Shown in pieces: positions 43,232 to 53,165 of a stretch of 64,000 nucleotides of DNA. The number at the start of each line of letters is the position of its first letter. Position 1 is the stretch's first letter. A program made the translations under genes and the position numbers. The stretch is from Verrucomicrobiota bacterium (lineage in GTDB: Bacteria > Verrucomicrobiota > Verrucomicrobiia > Limisphaerales > UBA11358). Under the pieces are notes generated by a model that was not told the DNA's origin, made no database searches, and was given only the letters and a program-made list of their open reading frames with translations. Location of the stretch: the NCBI GenBank assembly GCA_050012035.1, contig JBEKHY010000005.1:2871-66870 (forward strand), written 5' to 3'.

Positions 43232-44707
43232 ATGCGATCCAAATCCTTTTCCCTTTTCCTGGTTGCCACTTTGACCGTTGCCGCCCGCGCCCAGCAAACG
43301 GTCGGCCAATCCGCCGACACCAATCTGCCACCGCCAATGAACTGGAGCGCCAGTCAGGATCATCAGAACATGATGGCGCAACTGGGCATCAAGACCCTGC
43401 GACCCGGAGCGGATGGCTTTAACCGTCAGGCGCCGAATTACCAGAACACCGACGAAGCGAAAGCCAATCCTTATCCCGATCTGCCCGATCCGCTCACACT
43501 GAAAAACGGAGAGAAAGTCACTACCCCGGAGATGTGGTGGAAGCAGCGGCGCCCGGAAATCGTCGAGGATTTTGACCGGGAAGTCTATGGCCGGGTCCCG
43601 AAAAACGTGCCGAAAGTGACCTGGAAAGTGACCAGCGTCACCCGGACGAACAACGGCGCGGTTCCGGTCATCACCAAACAACTCATCGGCCACGTTGACA
43701 ATTCTTCGTATCCGCTCATCAGCGTTGACATTCAGTTGACCTTGACCACGCCGGCCAACGCAACTGGCCCGGTGCCCGTGATGATGGAATTTGGCATTGA
43801 TTGGAGCCGCTTCTTCAGCGCGAATGGCAGGGCAAATCGTTTTGGCGGGACAAACGCCTTTCGAGGCTTTGGTGGATTCGGCAGCGAACCGAATTGGGAA
43901 CAACTGGTTTTGTCCAATGGCTGGGGTTACGCCATCATTGTTCCCACCAGTTATCAGGCCGACAACGGCGCCGGCTTGACGAAAGGTATCATCGGTTTGT
44001 GCAATAAAGGCCAGCCGCGCAAGCCGGATGACTGGGGCGTGTTGCGCGCGTGGGCCTGGGGCGCGAGCCGCGCGCTGGATTATTTTGAAACCGACCCGGC
44101 AGTGGACGCAAAGCAGGTCGGCATTGAAGGCGTCTCGCGCTACGGCAAAGCCGCGCTGGTGACCATGGCATATGACCAACGTTTTGCCATCGTGCTGGTT
44201 GGTTCCTCCGGCGAAGGCGGGGCGAAACTATCCCGTCGCAACTGGGGCGAGTTGGTGGAAAATCTCACCGGTTCAGGTGAATATCATTGGATGGCCGGCA
44301 ATTTTCTCAAATACGGCGGCCCGTTGACGCCCGGTGATTTGCCGGTGGACGCGCATGAATTAATTGCCCTTTGTGCGCCCCGCCCGACATTCATCAGTTA
44401 CGGCGCTTCGTCAGGCAGTCCCGGCGCGGAAGGCACCTGGGTGGACCAGCACGGCAGCTTCATGGCCGCGGTCGCCGCCGGCCCTGTTTTCAAACTTTTG
44501 GGCAAAAAAGATTTGGGCATTCCCGGCAATTACCTCACCGCTCCGATGCCGCCCGTCAACACCGCGCTGATTGACGGCGAGCTTGCCTGGCGGCAACATG
44601 ACGACGGGCACACCGACGGCCCGAATTGGCCGGTGTTTTTGAGATGGGCGGATCGTTACCTCCACGGTCCGGCGCCGGCAACGCAGCCGTCAACCAAAGC
44701 ACAATAA
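43232..44707 (+). CDS. CE15 glucuronoyl esterase
   Basis: Signal peptide; LPDPLTLKNGEKVTTPEMWWKQRRPEI N-terminal pattern; nucleophile motif GVSRYGKAAL (the G-C-S-R-x-G family motif with C replaced by V). Confidence 0.75.
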   Translation: MRSKSFSLFLVATLTVAARAQQTVGQSADTNLPPPMNWSASQDHQNMMAQLGIKTLRPGADGFNRQAPNYQNTDEAKANPYPDLPDPLTLKNGEKVTTPEMWWKQRRPEIVEDFDREVYGRVPKNVPKVTWKVTSVTRTNNGAVPVITKQLIGHVDNSSYPLISVDIQLTLTTPANATGPVPVMMEFGIDWSRFFSANGRANRFGGTNAFRGFGGFGSEPNWEQLVLSNGWGYAIIVPTSYQADNGAGLTKGIIGLCNKGQPRKPDDWGVLRAWAWGASRALDYFETDPAVDAKQVGIEGVSRYGKAALVTMAYDQRFAIVLVGSSGEGGAKLSRRNWGELVENLTGSGEYHWMAGNFLKYGGPLTPGDLPVDAHELIALCAPRPTFISYGASSGSPGAEGTWVDQHGSFMAAVAAGPVFKLLGKKDLGIPGNYLTAPMPPVNTALIDGELAWRQHDDGHTDGPNWPVFLRWADRYLHGPAPATQPSTKAQ

Positions 44708-44732
44708 AAAACATTCACAAAAAAAGACTCCC

Positions 44733-46046
44733 ATGAAGAAAAATTTTCCACCCTTTCCGTCCCGTTGCCTTCCGGTTCTGGCATCTTTGATCGCGGCGAC
44801 CCTCTGCCAAGCGCAGCCCATGGTCGTCGCGCCGGACAAGACCAACGGCGTGTATCAGGTCGGCGACACCGTTCATTGGACCGTCGCATGGGAAGGCGGC
44901 ACCAACCCGCCCGCCGCGCGTTATCTTCTCAAGAGCGGCGGTCTGACGAAAGTCGGACAAGGCGACTTGACCTTCAGCAATGACATGGCCACGGTGGACT
45001 CGCAGTTCGACAAACCGAACACGATGTTGCTCGAGGTGGATTGGCTCACCAATCACGTTTGGGGCGGCGCCGTCGCCGCTCCCGATAAAATCTTTCCCGC
45101 CGCCCCGCCCCCGGATGATTTCGATACCTTCTGGGAAGCCAAACTCGAAGAACTGGAAAAAATTCCAGCCAATGCGCAACTCGAAAAAGTGGACAGCGGC
45201 AAAGCCGGTGTGGCGTATTGGAAAATCACCATGGACAATATCGGCGGCACGCACATTCAGGGACAGATTGCGCGTCCTGAAGCCGGCGAAAAATTTCCGG
45301 CCCTGCTCATCCTGCAATACGCCGGCGCTTATAAATTGCAGAAAAGCTGGGTGACCGACCGCGCCAAAGACGGCTGGCTGGCATTGGACATCGAAGCCCA
45401 CGACATCCCGATTGATAATCCCGATTCATACTACAAGAAAATATATGCCACCGGTGGCGAGTTGAATAATTATTGGAACATCGGCAATGACGACCGCGAC
45501 AAAAGCTATTATTTGCGGATGTATCTGTCCTGCGTTCAAGCGATGAAATATCTCAAGTCGCGTCCCGATTGGAATGGGAAGACGCTGGTCGTGATGGGTC
45601 AGAGCCAGGGCGGGCAGCAGACGTTGATGCTCGCCGGGCTATGTCCCAATGACGCTACCGCCGCGCTGGCCCTGGTGCCGGCGGCTTCCGACATGCTGGC
45701 CCCCGAAGTCGGGCGGGCGACGGGCTTCCCGAATTGGTATTCCAACACCAATGGCAAGGACCCGAAAAAAGTGCATGAGGCCAGCCGCTACTACGACCCG
45801 GCGAATTTCGCGCGTCACATCAAATGTCCCGTGCTCATCGCCCTCGGATTACACGACGAACAACTGGCGCCGCCGTCGAGCATTCTGGCCGATGCGAACG
45901 AAATCACTTCGCCCAAGGAAGTCATCATCCTCGCAAACTCAGGCCATCAAAATGTGCATGGTTCGCAGGAGCCTTTCTTCCATCGCGCCTATTATGATTG
46001 GCTGCCGGCCTTGAAGGCGGGCAAACCCGCGCCCGTGAAGCCATAA
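44733..46046 (+). CDS. CE7/AXE1-type acetyl-xylan esterase with N-terminal extra domain
   Basis: Signal peptide; GxSQGG nucleophile motif (VMGQSQGGQ); C-terminal LHDEQ and SGH contexts. Confidence 0.75.
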   Translation: MKKNFPPFPSRCLPVLASLIAATLCQAQPMVVAPDKTNGVYQVGDTVHWTVAWEGGTNPPAARYLLKSGGLTKVGQGDLTFSNDMATVDSQFDKPNTMLLEVDWLTNHVWGGAVAAPDKIFPAAPPPDDFDTFWEAKLEELEKIPANAQLEKVDSGKAGVAYWKITMDNIGGTHIQGQIARPEAGEKFPALLILQYAGAYKLQKSWVTDRAKDGWLALDIEAHDIPIDNPDSYYKKIYATGGELNNYWNIGNDDRDKSYYLRMYLSCVQAMKYLKSRPDWNGKTLVVMGQSQGGQQTLMLAGLCPNDATAALALVPAASDMLAPEVGRATGFPNWYSNTNGKDPKKVHEASRYYDPANFARHIKCPVLIALGLHDEQLAPPSSILADANEITSPKEVIILANSGHQNVHGSQEPFFHRAYYDWLPALKAGKPAPVKP

Positions 46047-46091
46047 AGTTTTACAACGGCGGGTGGCGCGTGAACCTTGACCGGAGTTTGC

Positions 46092-47705
46092 TCAGGTATT
46101 GGGAGAACCGGTTTTGACGGCATCCTTGGCCAGTTTTCCATTCACCAGACGCCAGAGGTTCAGCGGATTTTCGTCCTTGAGCGCTTCCGGCAGCGCCGCC
46201 GCCGGAAAATTCTGATAACAAATCGGGCGGACAAAACGATACAACGCCGCCGTGCCCACCGACGTGAAGCGCACATCGGTCGTGGCCGGATAAGGACCAC
46301 CATGGTTCATCGAAGGACAAACCTCCACGCCGGTCGGAAAACCATTGATGAGCAGCCGGCCCGCTTTGCGTTCCAAAATTTGCAGCAACCGCTTCGCCTG
46401 CTGAAGATCACCGGGCGTGCCCTGCACTGTAGCTGTGAGCTGACCTTCCAGATTTTCCGCGATGTCTTCCAGCTCCGCCATCGTCCGCGCCGAAACCAAC
46501 ACCGCGAACGGCCCGAACACTTCTTCGGCCAGTTCCGGATAATTCCGAAAATTCTTTACGTCGGTGCAGACCACCACCGCTTCGCCGTGCGTTTTTTTTG
46601 CATTCGGGGTTTCCTGCGAGCGCGCCAGCACCTTCACACCGCTCGTTCCCGCAGCGCGAGTAAGGCCCTGATGATATGATTCGCAAATGCCTCCGTGCAG
46701 CATCGTGGCGGGTGCGGCAGCTTCAAACAATAGCCCGACTGCCTTTTGAAACTGATCGAACCCGGCGTCCTGCAGACCGAAAACCAGACCGGGCTTGGTG
46801 CAAAATTGTCCGACACCCAGCGTCACCGACGCCCGCAAGCCTTCGGCAATTTTGGCCGTCTGCCCGCGCATCGCCTCCGGCAGAATGAAAATCGGGTTCA
46901 GACTGCTCATTTCGGCAAAGACTGGAATCGGCTCCGGCCGCGCCGCCGCCGCATCGAACAGGGCGCGTCCGGCTTCACGCGACCCGGTGAAACCAACCGC
47001 CCGAGCGACCGGATGCCGCACCAGCGCAATGCCAATCACTTTGCCGGCGCCGTGCAGCATCGAGAACACCCCGGCGGGCAGGCTGCACGCAGTCACCGCC
47101 CGGCGGATGGCCGTCGCCACCAGTTCCGACGTGCCCGGATGACCGCTGTGGGCTTTGACCACGACCGGGTTGCCTGTGGCCAAGGCGGACGCGGTGTCAC
47201 CGCCGGCCACGGAAAACGCCAGCGGGAAATTGCTCGACCCGAAAACAATCACCGGGCCGATGGGAATCAGCATCCGGCGCAAATCGGGTTTGGGCAGTGG
47301 CTGCCGGTCGGGAATGGCCGTGTCAATACGCGCGTCCACCCACGAACCTTCGCGGATGACCTGGGCGAAGAGTTGGAGCTGGCCGGTGGTGCGCGCGCGT
47401 TCGCCGGTCAGCCGTGCTTCGGGCAGGCCGGTTTCCTGATGCGCGCGTTGGATGAGGTCATCGCCCAGCGCCATAATTTCATCGGCAATACGTTCGAGAA
47501 AAGCTGCGCGCTGTTCGCCGGTGATTTCACGATGCGCCCGGAAGGCCCATTCGGCCAGTTCCATGGCGGCATCCACATCTTTTTTGCCGGCGAAATGGAA
47601 AGTGGGCGGCAAAGGTTTGCTGTCCAACGGGCTGGTGGCGCGGAAGGTCTTCCCCGCGCCGTGGCTGAGTTGGTCGCCGATAAAATTCTGGCCGTGCAGA
47701 TTCAT
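46092..47705 (-). CDS. NAD(P)-dependent aldehyde dehydrogenase, 2,5-dioxovalerate (alpha-ketoglutarate semialdehyde) dehydrogenase-like
   Basis: 537-aa ALDH of the long KGSADH type. It lies immediately downstream of a FAH-family dehydratase-like gene. Confidence 0.7.
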   Translation of the reverse strand: MNLHGQNFIGDQLSHGAGKTFRATSPLDSKPLPPTFHFAGKKDVDAAMELAEWAFRAHREITGEQRAAFLERIADEIMALGDDLIQRAHQETGLPEARLTGERARTTGQLQLFAQVIREGSWVDARIDTAIPDRQPLPKPDLRRMLIPIGPVIVFGSSNFPLAFSVAGGDTASALATGNPVVVKAHSGHPGTSELVATAIRRAVTACSLPAGVFSMLHGAGKVIGIALVRHPVARAVGFTGSREAGRALFDAAAARPEPIPVFAEMSSLNPIFILPEAMRGQTAKIAEGLRASVTLGVGQFCTKPGLVFGLQDAGFDQFQKAVGLLFEAAAPATMLHGGICESYHQGLTRAAGTSGVKVLARSQETPNAKKTHGEAVVVCTDVKNFRNYPELAEEVFGPFAVLVSARTMAELEDIAENLEGQLTATVQGTPGDLQQAKRLLQILERKAGRLLINGFPTGVEVCPSMNHGGPYPATTDVRFTSVGTAALYRFVRPICYQNFPAAALPEALKDENPLNLWRLVNGKLAKDAVKTGSPNT

Positions 47706-47711
47706 GGCGCG

Positions 47712-48578
47712 TCAAACTACCATCACCGGGTTGCGGAGCAAACCGATTCCAGTGATTTCAATTTCCACCACATCCCGCGCCTGCAGCGTGAAGGTTTCGG
47801 GCGGAACGATGCCCGTTCCGGTCAGCAGCACCGCGCCATGGGGAAACATCTGGCTGCGAAAGAGAAACCCGGCCAGTTCCTCAAAATTCCGGTTGATTTG
47901 ACCGACCGAGGTTTCGCCGGCAAAGACGCTCTCGCCGTTGCACCGGATAGCCAGCCGGATTTTCCATTCCCGCGCGGCGGTTTCGTTGGCACCAAGCTGA
48001 ATCCACGGACCAAGCGCGCAGGAACGGTCGTAGATTTTCGCCTGCGGCAGGTAGAGCAGATTTTCCCCTTCGATGTCGCGCGAACTCATGTCGTTGCCAA
48101 TCGTATGGCCGACAATCTTCCCGCGCGAATTCAGTACCAGCGCCAGTTCCGGTTCCGGCACGTTCCAGCGCGCGTCGCGGCGAATGCCCACCAGTTCGCC
48201 GGGCGCGACGACTTTTTCCGCCAGCGATTTGAAGAAAAGTTCCGGTCGTTCCGCCGCATAAACCTTGTCATAGGCGGTGGCGCTGAAATCGGATTCCTTC
48301 ATCCGGGCAGTTTTGCTGCGCAGATAAGTGACGCCCGCCGCCCAGATTTCCTGCTGCTCCACCGGCGCGCACAATTGAACCTCCGCCACCGCAAGGCGGG
48401 GCAGACCTTGTTTGGCGATTTGGCTGAGTTGCGCAACCGGGTTGTCGTTTTCCAGCAACGATTGCAGTTGCCTGATGCCTGCGGGCATCAGGTCCAGCAG
48501 CGCGGCGACGTCCGCGACCAACCCGATGCGGATCTGGCCTGATTTGTCTTTGAACCGGCAGAGTTTCATTGGCGCCAT
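47712..48578 (-). CDS. Fumarylacetoacetate hydrolase-family protein (XylX/KdaD-like 2-keto-3-deoxy-pentonate dehydratase candidate)
   Basis: 288-aa FAH fold pattern. The context with KGSADH mirrors the Caulobacter xylX-xylA logic (established knowledge). Specificity is inferred. Confidence 0.65.
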   Translation of the reverse strand: MAPMKLCRFKDKSGQIRIGLVADVAALLDLMPAGIRQLQSLLENDNPVAQLSQIAKQGLPRLAVAEVQLCAPVEQQEIWAAGVTYLRSKTARMKESDFSATAYDKVYAAERPELFFKSLAEKVVAPGELVGIRRDARWNVPEPELALVLNSRGKIVGHTIGNDMSSRDIEGENLLYLPQAKIYDRSCALGPWIQLGANETAAREWKIRLAIRCNGESVFAGETSVGQINRNFEELAGFLFRSQMFPHGAVLLTGTGIVPPETFTLQARDVVEIEITGIGLLRNPVMVV

Positions 48579-48586
48579 TATCGTAG

Positions 48587-48641
48587 GACAGGCGTCCCGC
48601 CTGTCTCCATCTTTTTGTAGCGGCGCTCTATGAGCGCTGCT
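48587..48641. repeat. Two GC-rich hairpins between the MFS and FAH genes
   Basis: GACAGGCG-TCC-CGCCTGTC (48587-48605). TGTAGCGGCGCTC-TAT-GAGCGCTGCT (48616-48641) overlaps the MFS stop codon. Confidence 0.6.
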
Positions 48642-49875
48642 TCGCTTTCGGCAGCAGAAAAGCCAGCGCGGTGCAACCCAGCATGCCCAAGCCGATTACG
48701 GTGAAGCCAATCGCGGTGCTGTGATATTCTTTCGACAACGAGCCGATGATGTACGGTCCGGCGAAGCCGCCGAGATTTCCAAAGGCGTTGACTGTGCCCA
48801 TAACCAGCCCCATCGCATTCCGCGGCAGGGTCTCGCCCGGGATAGCCCAGAACGGAGCCATGCCGGCATACGGACCGGGAATGGCCAAACACATGAACGC
48901 ATACGACAGCCAGAAATTCTGGCGGAAAACCACACTCAGGATGAGGCTGATGCCGCTCATCGCATACACCGCCGCCACGTGCCCGCGCCGCTCGCGCGTC
49001 TTGTCCGAATGCCGCGAAACCATAATCATGACGACCGCCGTGACCGCGTAGGGAACGGCGAACAGCAGGCCATATTGCAACGCGTCGAAACCCTGGCCCT
49101 TCAATCCGGTCGTGAAAAAGGTCATGCATCCATAAACGGCGCAGTTGTGCAGAAAATAGAGGGCAATCATGATGAAAATCGCCGGTTGAAACAGCCGGGC
49201 CCCGAGTGAAACTTTGGCCGGCGATTCCAATTCCGCCTGTTCCCGCTGCAAGGTGGTTTCGAGATGTTCCCGTTCCCCGGCCGAAATCCATTTCGCTTCG
49301 CGGGGATGATCGCGGATGCAAAACCACCAGATGGGCAGCCAAACGATTGGTAGCATCCCCTCCAGAATGAGCATCTGGTGCCAATCATACATTTTTAAAA
49401 GCCAGCCGGTGAGAGGAGCAGACCCGGCCACAGCCAGCGGCTGGAACAGGTTCCAATAGGCATTGGCGCGGGCGCGTTCGGCGCGCGGAAACCAACTGGC
49501 CAGCAGGACCAGCGTAGCCGGAAACACGGCGCTTTCCGCCACACCCAGAAAAAACCGCATCACCTCAAATTGCCGGAACGAGTGGGCCAGGCCGCAACCG
49601 ACGGCGCAAGCGCCCCAGGCAATCAGACACAAACTGATGAGCTTCCGCGCGCTCCAGCGCGACGCCAGATAACCACCCGGGATTTGCAACAGGAGATAGC
49701 CGAAGAAGAAAATGCCCGCCGCTTCGCCCTTCATGCGGTCGTCCATGAGCAGGTCCTTCATCATCGTCGAAATGTTCGGGTCGAGCGCGAGCGAGACGTT
49801 GGTGCGGTCAATGTACGAGATGGTGTACATAAGCAGCGCCACGGGAATGATGCGCAGCCAGCGTTGTTGCGTCAT
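48628..49875 (-). CDS. MFS transporter (sugar-acid type candidate)
   Basis: 415 aa with 12 predicted helices and an MFS-style loop 2-3 motif region. Confidence 0.75.
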   Translation of the reverse strand: MTQQRWLRIIPVALLMYTISYIDRTNVSLALDPNISTMMKDLLMDDRMKGEAAGIFFFGYLLLQIPGGYLASRWSARKLISLCLIAWGACAVGCGLAHSFRQFEVMRFFLGVAESAVFPATLVLLASWFPRAERARANAYWNLFQPLAVAGSAPLTGWLLKMYDWHQMLILEGMLPIVWLPIWWFCIRDHPREAKWISAGEREHLETTLQREQAELESPAKVSLGARLFQPAIFIMIALYFLHNCAVYGCMTFFTTGLKGQGFDALQYGLLFAVPYAVTAVVMIMVSRHSDKTRERRGHVAAVYAMSGISLILSVVFRQNFWLSYAFMCLAIPGPYAGMAPFWAIPGETLPRNAMGLVMGTVNAFGNLGGFAGPYIIGSLSKEYHSTAIGFTVIGLGMLGCTALAFLLPKAKQRS

Positions 49876-49951
49876 AGATGAACGCGGGATTCTCCCGCAA
49901 CTTCGCTACAAGTCGAATCTAAATTCAGTTTCAAATATTCTTGAAACGAGA

Positions 49952-51073
49952 TTATGAATCTTTCCACATAGTCGCCGCGTGTGACGCCAAGCGGGCAAGC
50001 CATTCTTCGGCATCGGCAAAAGCGGATTCCGGGTTTGTCAGATCGGGCGTGAGCGCATAGGCCCGGGTGAAGAATTGAGCGGCGGCTGCGCGGTCAATCA
50101 CCGCGCCTCCCAAACCCAGGCACGGTTTCTTTGCTTCGCGGCACAAGGCCGCCAGTTCACCCACGCCTTTGCCCATGAATGTGGAACGATCAATCGCACC
50201 TTCGCCGGTAACGACCAGGCCCGCCTCCGATAGACGCTCTTTCAAGCCAGTGTGGTCGGCGAACAACCCAAACCCCGGTGCCAGGCGCGCCCCGAGGAAG
50301 CTGCGCAGGCCGAAGCCGAGTCCGCCAGCCGCACCGGCATCCGGCTCGTTCGCGACCCTGCAACCTGACTGTGACTCCATCACGTCCGCCAAACGGGTAA
50401 GGCATCGTTCCGCCAAATCAAAATCTTCCTCTTGCAGGCCTTTTTGTGGTCCGTAAACACGAGTGCAGCCCGACGATCCCAGAAGTGGATTTTGGACGTC
50501 GACTGCGACGAGAATTTCATTCGGCCATCCTGCGGTCTGTGGCGGCTGGCAGCGAGACAACGAATGCAATTCGGTCCAACGCTCGATCGTTGCCCCGCGC
50601 TCATCGAAGAAGGTCCAACCCAGGGAGCGTGCCATGCCGAATCCGCCGTCATTCGTCGCGCTGCCGCCGATACCGACAAGGCAGCGGCCCGCGCCCTTCG
50701 CATACGCCGACGCAATCACCGCCCCCAAACCGAATGTGTCCAGCTCGAATGGATGATGCTTGCCCGCCGGCAGCGGGGCCAGTCCGTTGACTCGGGCGGC
50801 TTCAATGATCGCCGTGCGCGACTTTGGCTCCCACCACCACTCTGCCGAACACGGTTGGTGTGCGGCGTCCACCGTTGCGACCGTCTGAGTCCTGGCGCCG
50901 AGACTGGCTCCCACCAATTCGCCAAAACCGTCTCCGCCGTCGCTGATGGGAAACAGCATCACATGATCCGCTGGGCGCGCTTGCCGCCACCCTCGGGCCA
51001 TGGCGTCGGCAGCGGCACGCGCGGAAAGCGTGCCTTTGAATTTATCTGGAGCGATCAAAACGTTGAGGCTCAT
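49952..51073 (-). CDS. Glycerate kinase
   Basis: From the ATG at 51073: MSLNVLIAPDKFKGTLSARAAADAM, the typical GlxK/GarK N-terminus. The 57-codon upstream extension was rejected. Confidence 0.8.
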   Translation of the reverse strand: MSLNVLIAPDKFKGTLSARAAADAMARGWRQARPADHVMLFPISDGGDGFGELVGASLGARTQTVATVDAAHQPCSAEWWWEPKSRTAIIEAARVNGLAPLPAGKHHPFELDTFGLGAVIASAYAKGAGRCLVGIGGSATNDGGFGMARSLGWTFFDERGATIERWTELHSLSRCQPPQTAGWPNEILVAVDVQNPLLGSSGCTRVYGPQKGLQEEDFDLAERCLTRLADVMESQSGCRVANEPDAGAAGGLGFGLRSFLGARLAPGFGLFADHTGLKERLSEAGLVVTGEGAIDRSTFMGKGVGELAALCREAKKPCLGLGGAVIDRAAAAQFFTRAYALTPDLTNPESAFADAEEWLARLASHAATMWKDS

Positions 51074-51401
51074 CGCAGACCATCCAACCGGAGACACCGC
51101 CGGGTAACCAGCTTTTTCACCGCAGAGGAGCAATGCAGTTGGGAATTGCCAAGAATCGCCAGTTGACACCCCGGATTGCGCTCTGGCAGCATCGCGCCAT
51201 GTTCGCCATGTTTGTGTTTGGTGAGCCCGAAAGGCATTTTTCACTTACCCTCACAACGCTCGGCTGCGGGGGGGAGCCTGCTTCGCAGCGGCCAATCACC
51301 CGCGCTGCGCTCAGTCCAAGCCGGTGCACAAATCGTCATTTCCTATCAGTTCTTTTGCTCCCGTTTGGGATGACGTTGTTTCAAGAAAAGGAAAATATTC
51401 C

Positions 51402-52301
51402 GTGAGCAATATCGGCAAATACCTCGAAACGCAGTTTTCACTGGAAGGAAAAGCGGCACTGTTGACCGGCGGAGCCGGCGGCATCGGCCGCGCACTGGCC
51501 TTTGCGCTCTGCTCGGCGGGGGCGACGACGGCGGTATGCGATCTGAATCTGGGACAGGCCGAGGAGGTGGCGGCGGAGCTGAGGGCCAAGGGGCTCAAGG
51601 CGAAAGCGTTTGCGCTGGACCTCACCAAGGTCGAATCCATCCGTCAATGTGCCGATGCCGTGGCCGCAGCCTTCGGAAAGATTGACATCCTGGTCAACTG
51701 CGGGGGCATCAACAAGCGCGAAGGATTTCTGGACGTAGAAGAAAAGACTTACGACCTGATCATGAACGTGAACCTGAAGGGGACGTTTTTCATGACGCAG
51801 GCGGTGGTGCCCTACATGATCAAGGCCGGGGGCGGAAAGATCGTTAATCTTAGTTCACACAACGCTCAAGGAATGCTTGGCGGTGTGTCGGTTTACGGAG
51901 CGAGCAAGAGCGGTGTGTCGGCTTTGACGCGTTCGATGGCGATTGAATGGGCGCGGTTCAACATCCAGGCCAACGCGGTGGCGCCGGGACATATTCTGAC
52001 GCCGCTGACGCAGGTGACATGGGACCACCCGACGCGGTCGGTGTATCTGCGGGACCGGATTGCGATGCGCCGGCCGGGAACGCCGGAGGAAGTGGCGGGC
52101 ATGGTGCTGATGCTCTGTTCGCCGGCCTCCAGTTACATGACGGGTCAGACGTATCATCTGGATGGCGGCTGCCTGGCGGGCGGCACGCCGTGGGATTTCG
52201 ACACGAAATACGGCACCGCTGGTCCGGCGGTCGCGTCTGGCGTTACCCCAACTTCCGCGCCAGTGAAGAAACCCTCGCGCAAAAAGGAGTCAAATAAATG
52301 A
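51402..52301 (+). CDS. Short-chain dehydrogenase/reductase (sugar or sugar-acid dehydrogenase type)
   Basis: TGGAGGIG, NLSS and YGASKSGV motifs. A GTG start at 51402 is preferred; the ORF is open from 51324. Confidence 0.75.
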   Translation: MSNIGKYLETQFSLEGKAALLTGGAGGIGRALAFALCSAGATTAVCDLNLGQAEEVAAELRAKGLKAKAFALDLTKVESIRQCADAVAAAFGKIDILVNCGGINKREGFLDVEEKTYDLIMNVNLKGTFFMTQAVVPYMIKAGGGKIVNLSSHNAQGMLGGVSVYGASKSGVSALTRSMAIEWARFNIQANAVAPGHILTPLTQVTWDHPTRSVYLRDRIAMRRPGTPEEVAGMVLMLCSPASSYMTGQTYHLDGGCLAGGTPWDFDTKYGTAGPAVASGVTPTSAPVKKPSRKKESNK

Positions 52302-53164
52302 TTGATGAAAAGAAATTGCGGGAAATCCGCCACTTGGCGGCCCGCATGCGGCGGGACATCATCCTGATGGTGGGAGTGGGTCAGCAGGGACACGTCGGCG
52401 GCTCTTGCTCGTCAGCGGAAATCGTGGCCGTGCTTTACGGCTGGAAGATGAAGCACGATCCGATGAACCCCAAATGGGAGGGACGGGATCGATTGCTCAT
52501 GAGCAAGGGGCACGCGGCAATCATTCAATATGCCGCGCTGGCGGAGCTGGGGTATTTCCCGACATCGCATTTGCCGACGCTCAAGAAGCTCGGCTCCATG
52601 CTCCAGGGGCACCCGGATATCCACAGCACGCCAGGCATCGAAGCCAACACCGGCTCGCTCGGCCAAGGGTTGTCCATCTCCAACGGCATGGCCCTGGCGT
52701 TGCGGCTGGACAAGAAGCCCAACCGCGTTTACTGCATTCTGGGCGACGGCGAACTGGCCGAGGGACAGGTGTGGGAGGCGGCAATGTTCGCCGCAGCCAG
52801 GAAGATCGACAACCTGGTGGCCATCGTGGACCAGAACGGCCTGCAAGCCATGGGAGCGGTGGCGGACCGGATGAACAGCAACCCGCTGCCGGACAAATGG
52901 CGGGCGTTTGGCTGGCATGTAATCGAGATTGACGGACACAACGTGGAGGCGATCGTTGCGGCCCTGGACGAGGCGGAAACCATCAAGGGCAGGCCGACGG
53001 CGATCATTGCCCACACCGTTAAGGGCAAGGGTTTTTCCTTCGCGGAGAACAACATCGCCTTCCACAACGGGATGATGACCCAGGCGCAGTACGAACTGGG
53101 CCTGAAGGAAGCCGACGCGATGCTGGCGGAATTCCAGCCGGTCCAGGCTGCGGAGGCACGTTGA
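52298..53164 (+). CDS. Transketolase, N-terminal subunit (split type)
   Basis: GHVGGSCSSAEIVAVLY, SKGHAA and GSLGQGLS motifs. The start overlaps the upstream stop by ATGA. Confidence 0.85.
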   Translation: MIDEKKLREIRHLAARMRRDIILMVGVGQQGHVGGSCSSAEIVAVLYGWKMKHDPMNPKWEGRDRLLMSKGHAAIIQYAALAELGYFPTSHLPTLKKLGSMLQGHPDIHSTPGIEANTGSLGQGLSISNGMALALRLDKKPNRVYCILGDGELAEGQVWEAAMFAAARKIDNLVAIVDQNGLQAMGAVADRMNSNPLPDKWRAFGWHVIEIDGHNVEAIVAALDEAETIKGRPTAIIAHTVKGKGFSFAENNIAFHNGMMTQAQYELGLKEADAMLAEFQPVQAAEAR

Positions 53165-53165
53165 T

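Noticed and set aside
42983-44179. 398-aa minus-strand ORF
   Set aside because: It is antisense to the SGNH and CE15 esterase genes and has Arg/Gly/Pro-rich shadow composition.
46746-48542. 598-aa plus-strand ORF
   Set aside because: It is antisense to the aldehyde dehydrogenase and FAH-family genes. It is extremely Arg/Gly/Ala/Pro-rich and low in complexity, so it is a shadow ORF.
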